From: a virus
Taxonomy: Duplodnaviria; Heunggongvirae; Uroviricota; Caudoviricetes
IMG/VR virus record: IMGVR_UViG_2648501437_000010
Span: 1-30,031 of that record
DNA: 30,031 nucleotides
Reading direction: 5' to 3' (one strand)
Shown in pieces: positions 25,101 through 30,031 of this stretch (position 1 is its first letter; each line of letters begins with the position of its first letter). Under the pieces are notes generated by a model that ran no database searches, was not told where the DNA came from, and saw only the letters and a program-made list of their open reading frames with translations. The translations under genes and the position numbers were made by a program.

Positions 25101-26746
25101 ATGGCTGTCGCCATCGTGGCAAAGGTGCTAACCATCTGGCTGCCTGCGCCAACTACCCCCATGATCCCTGCTCGCATCAGTTTGAACGCAACCATCGCGG
25201 CCACGACCTTACCGAGATTAATTACCAGCTCTTGGTTCTTTGCTAACCATTGAGCAAGCTGACGCAACCCATCGATTGCCGTTGTTAACCCCGAACCTAA
25301 AGAATTGGCAAACGAAATCCCTTCGGCGCTATTCATGATTGAAGCCAGTTCTTTCATCCCCTTCGATAGAGAATCCAGATATCCGGCCTGACCAACCCGA
25401 TCAGCAAATAACGTGAATGACGTCTGAAGTTGCGCCAGCGCACCTGTGTAGGTTTGCATCATGTCTTTCGCTGCGTTCTCATTCTCCGCACGCAGACCAA
25501 CAAACATCAGAGACAACGCCTGTTTTGCCTCAACCGTACCGCTGGCAACGGCTTTAGTCAGTTCCCCCATAGTGATGCCTGCGGCGTCTGCCATTGCCTG
25601 CATCGCGTTAGGAACGGCTTCACCTAATTGCTGACGTAGCTCTTCCATTGACACAACGCCCTTACCGGACATCTGCTGAACGGCCACAGCCGCACGTTTC
25701 AACAGCTCACTATCACCACCAAAACGAGCAACGGAGTCCACCAGCGCCTTCAGAGAACCATCGGTTGGATCTAAGCCAGCAGAACGAAACTTCACGAAGG
25801 AGTCTGTTAACGCCTGCATCGCGAACGGCGCATTTTGAGCCATGTCTACGATGTACTTCATATCATCAGCGGCAGCCTGGCCCGGGTTGGACTTCTCCTT
25901 ATTCAACCCTCGAAGCATCACCCGCATACGTTCCATTTCGGCCGCAGCTTCAACAATAGGCTTCTGCCACCCAAACATGATGTCAGTAACCGTTCTGGCT
26001 GCATCTCCGATCTCGCCAAGCAGGAAAATGTTGCCACGAAGGCCAGAGAACATACCTCCTTCGTTACTTTTACCGCTATGGCCAGAAGCGCCGCTACGCC
26101 GCCCGCTACCACCATCGCCACTTCCAGATGTACGAACGCGTACCGGCTTGCTAATCAGTTGCTGACGTCCGATAACTTCGTCCATCTGCTCACGAACCTT
26201 TTTCAGTCCCTCGGCAGCCTGACTCGTTGTGACACCCCAATTACTGAGTCGCTTCGTCGTGGTATTAAGGCGCGTATTCATGCCACTCACGGACGCAGAG
26301 GCTTCTTTGACCTCCGTACCAAAGCGGCTTGCGCTTTTGCTTGCATAGGTCGCCCAATCAGAGAAATCATTTAGCTCTGATTGCACTTTACGTAATGACG
26401 CGGTGAGTTTATCTACTGAAGAAGTTGTCGTATCGACGCGCTCAATCAGGGCTTTAAGACCAGAATTGAGGCTGGTGATGTTGCCACGCATTTTACGCGT
26501 AGCATCTGAAGCAAGCTCAAAACCGGCAGCTACATCCTGTAGTTTATCTGCCGTAGAATCGAGCTTGCTTTCCAGAACGCCAATGATACGGGCGACCGAA
26601 CCCAAAGAGCGTTCAAAGGTTTGGATTTTTTGAGCAGGCTTTGTTACCTGCTCACCAAATCGAGTAAGCAGTTTCCCCGCACGATCGATTGACGCTGTAA
26701 ACTGTTTGTCTTCCAGCGACAGGATAAACTCTACGTTTTGTGACAT
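22169..26746 (-). CDS. tail tape measure protein
   Basis: About 1525 aa, alpha-helical/coiled-coil-rich with internal hydrophobic Gly/Ala-rich segments; sits between the G/GT chaperone genes and the M homologue; first ATG at 26746 (the track ORF starts at a TTG at 26767). Confidence 0.85.
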   Translation of the reverse strand: MSQNVEFILSLEDKQFTASIDRAGKLLTRFGEQVTKPAQKIQTFERSLGSVARIIGVLESKLDSTADKLQDVAAGFELASDATRKMRGNITSLNSGLKALIERVDTTTSSVDKLTASLRKVQSELNDFSDWATYASKSASRFGTEVKEASASVSGMNTRLNTTTKRLSNWGVTTSQAAEGLKKVREQMDEVIGRQQLISKPVRVRTSGSGDGGSGRRSGASGHSGKSNEGGMFSGLRGNIFLLGEIGDAARTVTDIMFGWQKPIVEAAAEMERMRVMLRGLNKEKSNPGQAAADDMKYIVDMAQNAPFAMQALTDSFVKFRSAGLDPTDGSLKALVDSVARFGGDSELLKRAAVAVQQMSGKGVVSMEELRQQLGEAVPNAMQAMADAAGITMGELTKAVASGTVEAKQALSLMFVGLRAENENAAKDMMQTYTGALAQLQTSFTLFADRVGQAGYLDSLSKGMKELASIMNSAEGISFANSLGSGLTTAIDGLRQLAQWLAKNQELVINLGKVVAAMVAFKLMRAGIMGVVGAGSQMVSTFATMATAIQTPFNLGATAVTRFNRAARMGLAPIPSLIFAIRGAITGLKGAFAGLTAFIAANPIGAAFTVATVAVAGLITYMTMLRSETSKVVDEIRKIPEAMTAAKRAQMAEYKARLEQQITQKEQELKSGEKVVYGPGMAGTTVKINQDERKRIENELNDLRKKRDKTTGAIERGDIAVAKRLAKDAAESQIEKIREENRDFAATFVKARQEALDKIQKINDDGSLSDDEKNKLLAPLRETVNKSYLEPAQKLVDSLSSRKNATEKQIATLNDQLEKAKKDGNTEQIQKLQGSIRGYQEHLEAVAQELTQAEFERDNAAKTGKGVMSNQGTVLGLGTTDKAAQKALAQYMRNQMDSATYQRTLPDGTPMMDFEGKPIIGPKQLKTQLNLQKASSASSLEKMSDEERAAAIAALTKAREQDAAAAEKAAQRSANASQRAAKKEQAAQQKLAAGYQKALDKADQLMGQMGESSKATVSFDQSLRDTTKSLTDLANAVPNEFITQEMIDKAKKRLEDLKNATPEYREMFNRRNVEQMISTWAPESDSIISAGYTPSREDKVADFEDTYNRNLKALIELRDKASDPKVVALYTKKINQLIAAGNTALIKETGTATQKLALEYENLAEQIESTWTDLFSGLTDVLTDFVINGKMSFSSLSQSILKDITNMVVKSQITLPLMNMLGMGTTAAGSSQSGNLLTGVASAVANQGVRISNTVNGDKSVGEATKETSSSVTGLGQTTQQTTSAIGTATNAIGSWVSGLFNSTEAKDAETKAVKDSIFSMQNLSSVTGALSAAFAMLGANASGSGNKWLNFGATVASGLVSVWAGGGFDGLMSGSSGSTSGFNNLTSSAADGTNGIPAIPKFANGGIFGKDGVIPLRAYQKGGIANSPQLALFGEGDMNEAYVPLPDGRTIPVTLSTDGMSGGGNVLSPVSIEINVHSDGSTTESGDTESIWNNAAQRMKAIALETIAQEKRPGGSLNPNTQRN

Positions 26747-26753
26747 TCCCTTG

Positions 26754-27421
26754 TCATCCTCTGCCAAATATTTGCATCAGTTGCTCTTTGGCGTCAGGGT
26801 CTGCCTTATCCTGGCTTGGATCGTAGACTTTATCTGTTACGACTGGTCTTCCAATCCTGAGTTGCAAACCCTCCATGAACGCCTTCACAGCCTCGCCATC
26901 CGCCTGGGACGCACGAGCGACTTGTAAGTTGCGGACATCCTCTTCCGCACGCAGACGGTCTATATTGCGACTGAGCATCCAGAACATCGTGAGAGGAACG
27001 TTCAGTAGCTCTAATGGCGACACGGCGTAGTGAGCAACTACACGACTGAAATAGAATCCGAGATCTATTGAGACGGTCCTTGTCCCGGATTCATCGCGGG
27101 AAATTACTTTGCCCCTTCGCCAGCCGCTTTTTCGTTTTCTTCATCAATCACTTCCATAGCGAAGGTGAAGATCTGCTGGAGTTGCGGAACAGTCAGTTTT
27201 TCAAGAACTTCATCAGGCACTGAAGGGATAACCTTACGAACCAGATCTGCATAAGCTGTCACTTGCTCAACAGGAGACATGTTCATGAGATCTTTGCCTT
27301 CCATCTGCTTGATGGAAACGAACAAACCTACCGTCATTTCAACGATGGGATATTCCTGACCGCCAAATTTGATGCTTTTCTTCGGAGGCAGAATGGAATC
27401 GAGATCGAGTAATTTGGTCAT
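26754..27421 (-). CDS. putative GT-type tail assembly chaperone produced by a -1 programmed frameshift
   Basis: The downstream ORF (26754-27023 in the track) is open in the -1 frame from 27140 to 26754 and overlaps the 3' end of the G-like ORF by 34 nt (27107-27140); classic G/GT arrangement directly upstream of the tape measure gene. Confidence 0.45.
27104..27421 (-). CDS. tail assembly chaperone (lambda G-like)
   Basis: 105 aa, acidic; located between the major tail and tape measure genes; AAGGA RBS; -1 frame extension available downstream. Confidence 0.7.
   Translation of the reverse strand: MTKLLDLDSILPPKKSIKFGGQEYPIVEMTVGLFVSIKQMEGKDLMNMSPVEQVTAYADLVRKVIPSVPDEVLEKLTVPQLQQIFTFAMEVIDEENEKAAGEGAK
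27107..27140 (-). other. candidate -1 ribosomal frameshift window (no canonical X_XXY_YYZ heptamer; best candidate is the A5 run in cGAAAAAGcg)
   Basis: mRNA agaaaacgaaaaagcggctggcgaaggggcaaag; both the 0 and -1 frames are open only across this 34-nt overlap. Confidence 0.35.
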
Positions 27422-27442
27422 TGGTTTAAATCCTTTTAAAAG

Positions 27443-27463
27443 AGAGGCTCATCCTGAGCCTCT
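27443..27463 (-). terminator. stem-loop (8-bp stem, 5-nt loop) followed by CUUUUAAAAGGA on the minus strand; candidate partial terminator or attenuator after the major tail gene
   Basis: agaggctc-atcct-gagcctct perfect inverted repeat 14 nt after the major tail stop; short interrupted U-tract, then the RBS of the G-like gene. Confidence 0.4.
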
Positions 27464-27476
27464 GCTTAATTACTGA

Positions 27477-28223
27477 TTAATCTGCGGAGTTAATCGTTAC
27501 TGACTTAGTTGTCTTCTTAGCGCCGCTATTGCTGGTGAAGGAGATGTTTGCAGTACCCTGCGCCACACCACGTACCAGACCCGTTTGATCTACCGTGGCC
27601 TTTTCCTGGTCTTCGGATTCCCAAACACCGGTTTTATCTGCGGCATCATCTGGAGTGATTTCTGCTGTCAGTTGCACAGTCTCCCCTGCTTTTACAGTTG
27701 GAGATTCCGGTTTGATCGACACGGTTTTTACCGGTTTAGGGCCGCTCATTCTTCCCAGAACGCCTTCGTCATCAGGGTACGCACTGAACTGAACAGAGAA
27801 CACACGAACATCATCAGACTGGTAAGTCATGGTGAAGTTACCTGCGGTCGCAGCTTTCGGGATGGTCAGAACGTAGTCGGTAGTGTCCTGCGGAGTCAGA
27901 ACCAGCTCTTTGGCTACGTCGATCAGGTTGACACCCTGTGCGGAAGTGATGGTCACAGCGTTGTCGTCTTCGTTCAGAGTAGACCCCGGCATCAGATCAA
28001 CCATATTTTTCAACACAGACTCGGCCAGCGGCGCAGTAATGGTAATGTTACGACCCTGCACCAGCTCGGACATAATTGTCTGGCCGTGCTGGTCGACAGT
28101 GACTTTCAGCGTTTCAGTGGCTACTTCAACCTGAACACCACCTTTGGTGTAACCCAAATCCACACCACCAAACGACACCTTACAGGCACCAAGTTTGATG
28201 TTTTTTACATGGGTATTAGACAT
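27477..28223 (-). CDS. major tail protein with C-terminal Ig-like (Big_2-type) domain
   Basis: 248 aa from ATG at 28223 (AAAGGAG RBS); C-terminal about 80 aa (VKTVSIKPESPTVKAGETVQLTAEITPDDAADKTGVWESEDQEKATVDQTGLVRGVAQGTANISFTS) has the Big_2 pattern; positioned directly upstream of G/GT and the tape measure gene. Confidence 0.8.
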   Translation of the reverse strand: MSNTHVKNIKLGACKVSFGGVDLGYTKGGVQVEVATETLKVTVDQHGQTIMSELVQGRNITITAPLAESVLKNMVDLMPGSTLNEDDNAVTITSAQGVNLIDVAKELVLTPQDTTDYVLTIPKAATAGNFTMTYQSDDVRVFSVQFSAYPDDEGVLGRMSGPKPVKTVSIKPESPTVKAGETVQLTAEITPDDAADKTGVWESEDQEKATVDQTGLVRGVAQGTANISFTSNSGAKKTTKSVTINSAD

Positions 28224-28277
28224 TGATGGAAAACTCCTTTTTCCGTTAATTCTACGCATTCATTGCGCTAATAGTAA

Positions 28278-28293
28278 GTATATACTTACCCAT
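28278..28293 (-). promoter_or_regulatory. recurring 16-nt motif, site E (plus strand gtataTACTTACCCAT), embedded in the perfect palindrome GTAAGTATATACTTAC
   Basis: Intergenic between 28298 and the major tail start (28223); palindrome at 28275-28290. Confidence 0.4.
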
Positions 28294-28297
28294 TAAC

Positions 28298-28681
28298 TTA
28301 ATTCAATAAATAGCCAGCAAATTCAACAGGAATGCCTGCTTCTATTAATGCTCCATCATTTTTGGGATAAATGATTGGCATCGCAATCGGTCGTACCAGT
28401 CGAAAATAAACACCACCAGATTCCGTTTCCTCTACTGGAAACATCTCAATGATTTTATTGGCTTTCTCAACCGTCGTAGTAATTGACGAACCACGCACAA
28501 TTATTGTGAATGATTCGTGGTAAAAGCCCTGTAGCTCATGATCGATGCTGATACCGGTATTTGGGTTAATAAGCAGGACGCCAGATTTCACATTGGCAGG
28601 CAAGTAGTGACAGAAAATGTCAGTCCCGACCGTGCCAATCTTTGCCTTCTGCATCAAACTTGCAAACGCTTCAATAAACAC
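28298..28681 (-). CDS. hypothetical protein in the tail terminator / tail completion position (by synteny only)
   Basis: ORF immediately upstream of the major tail gene; likely GTG start at 28681 with AGAGG 5 nt upstream, adjacent to the upstream stop; the track ORF extends to 28804 in overlap. Confidence 0.45.
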   Translation of the reverse strand: MFIEAFASLMQKAKIGTVGTDIFCHYLPANVKSGVLLINPNTGISIDHELQGFYHESFTIIVRGSSITTTVEKANKIIEMFPVEETESGGVYFRLVRPIAMPIIYPKNDGALIEAGIPVEFAGYLLN

Positions 28682-28682
28682 A

Positions 28683-29156
28683 TTAACCTCTCGTAAAACC
28701 GGCTTTTCTGGCAGCCTCAAGAATCGCTTCTGAGAACTGCTTCTCGCTAATTTCCACCGCTCTTTCCAGAAAGTGTGGCCCAACACGAGGTTTAACACCG
28801 GCAATTGGTGGGTTTGTCACGTTCTTCATTCGAGAAAGATAACCGAGTCGGTATTTACCCAGCTCCATGTACTTAGCATAGTCACCGACTTCTACGCCCG
28901 GATGCCCCTGACGTGGTTTTGCTCCAGACACAGAAAGCTCAATGCGCAGCCCTGAATAACCTTCTTTAATCACCCTGGCAAAGATGGCTGTCTCCAGAGA
29001 TCCGGTTTCCAGCGGGGCCATTGCACGGCTGAGACGCTCAACCAAACGCGCCAGCTTTTCCATGTCCCGAATAAGATATCGCTTAAATGCTTTCTGGCTG
29101 TTATTGAGTCTATTCCCCGCACGTTTGAACTGATGCGCATCGTATTTCAGACCCAT
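28683..29156 (-). CDS. hypothetical head-tail connector-region protein (synteny)
   Basis: 157 aa; ATG at 29156 overlaps the upstream stop by 10 nt (coupled); position corresponds to lambda Z/U or HK97 gp9/gp10-type genes. Confidence 0.5.
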   Translation of the reverse strand: MGLKYDAHQFKRAGNRLNNSQKAFKRYLIRDMEKLARLVERLSRAMAPLETGSLETAIFARVIKEGYSGLRIELSVSGAKPRQGHPGVEVGDYAKYMELGKYRLGYLSRMKNVTNPPIAGVKPRVGPHFLERAVEISEKQFSEAILEAARKAGFTRG

Positions 29157-29491
29157 ATATTCGCCCCCACTTCAAGATGCCCAGGTCTTCCTCGTAGCCC
29201 CCAGCGGCGATGAACACTGGACACCTTTAATTTTTGACCTTCAAGGATCAGCACATCATCAAGTTGTACAGCCGCTTCTAAAGGGACAACTAACACAGCA
29301 TCAAACAGCTCCAGACTCGCCTTACCACGACTACCAGAGCTATCAGCACGAACTGACGATTTCTCATTACTCTGTTCGAACTTAACCACGCCGACATTCG
29401 TCTTCCTGACGAATTGTAATTGCGCCTCGCCGTAAACGTTCTTTGCGCCAAAGCGGTAGATCGCAATTTCTGTTTGCCACGAAATATTCAT
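29147..29491 (-). CDS. hypothetical head-tail joining-region protein (synteny)
   Basis: About 114 aa from ATG at 29491 (purine-rich AGAGAGAGAG upstream); the track ORF begins at a TTG at 29587. Confidence 0.45.
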   Translation of the reverse strand: MNISWQTEIAIYRFGAKNVYGEAQLQFVRKTNVGVVKFEQSNEKSSVRADSSGSRGKASLELFDAVLVVPLEAAVQLDDVLILEGQKLKVSSVHRRWGLRGRPGHLEVGANIWV

Positions 29492-29570
29492 GCTCTCTCT
29501 CTGTTGTTGTCGGTCGCTCTCATTACTGGCCAAAAACCCTTTCGACCAAAAGTAAATAATGCGACTGGCG

Positions 29571-29960
29571 TTACGCACGGCGAACAATCATACGGTTGTT
29601 GATGTAACTGACCAGCAAGCGCCAGGTACTGCGAGCCACATGAACGTTTGCAGCTTTACCGGTACGGTACATGTTGGTTGTTTCACCGATTGACTCTGAC
29701 AAAATGCCATCCTCTCGTGCTGCGGCAACATCATTGCCATTTGCGATCTCACACGCTTCGTTGACAACGGCAAGCATCAACGCTTCTTTGAAGTAGTCAG
29801 GGAACTCTTCAAACTTCTCCTGCGTCATCTTTTCCCAATCGACTAAATCATGCCGGTACGCTCCATCTGCTCCCCACGGAATGTCATACACATTCAGCAT
29901 ATTTTGAGGGCGATCGTATCGGTCAAAGTCGATATGAAGTGGCACACTGAATTTGGCCAC
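29571..29960 (-). CDS. hypothetical protein, first visible gene of the late array; start uncertain (GTG at 29960 or ATG at 29900)
   Basis: 129-aa ORF closed upstream by an in-frame TGA at 29985-29987; no good RBS at either start; an SD/anti-SD-like hairpin lies just upstream. Confidence 0.4.
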   Translation of the reverse strand: MAKFSVPLHIDFDRYDRPQNMLNVYDIPWGADGAYRHDLVDWEKMTQEKFEEFPDYFKEALMLAVVNEACEIANGNDVAAAREDGILSESIGETTNMYRTGKAANVHVARSTWRLLVSYINNRMIVRRA

Positions 29961-30031
29961 CTGAACAGAGGTGATATGCTCACCTCAGAACAACACAGGT
30001 GCTCCAATGAAAAAAAGAAATTTCAGCGCAG

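Noticed and set aside
22263-26633. Numerous plus- and minus-strand ORFs of 60-180 aa overlapping the tape measure gene (e.g. 22467-23009, 24759-25253, 25835-26374)
   Set aside because: All are embedded in or antisense to the continuous 1525-aa tape measure ORF; their compositions are low-complexity.

Overview
The window is almost entirely one long minus-strand gene array from a tailed phage with a lambda-like siphovirus tail module, plus a plasmid-type partition module and replication genes. That combination fits a phage-plasmid or plasmid-prophage better than an integrated lambdoid prophage. Reading 5'->3' on the minus strand (high to low coordinate): four small head-tail connector-region genes (29960-28298), a major tail protein with a C-terminal Ig-like domain, a G/GT-type chaperone pair in a -1 frame overlap, tape measure, lambda M/L/K/I/J homologues, an Stf-like side tail fibre with its Tfa chaperone, two small unknown genes, a lipoprotein, two tail-anchored membrane proteins, an overlapping Rz/Rz1-like spanin pair, a two-gene unknown cassette closed by a strong intrinsic terminator, ParA with a small ParG-like partner, an unknown gene, a DnaB-family helicase and a primase-type zinc-ribbon ORF. 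Only one gene (2858-3916) is on the plus strand. The most notable non-coding signal is a 16-nt motif (coding-strand consensus ATAAGTAAGTAcatac) found five times, always intergenic and in the same orientation upstream of a gene or operon start. Several GC-rich stem-loops sit directly upstream of ribosome-binding sites. I found no rRNA, tRNA, CRISPR array, transposase, integrase or reverse transcriptase. All functional calls rest on reading motifs and architecture from the translations and on gene order; no database search was possible.
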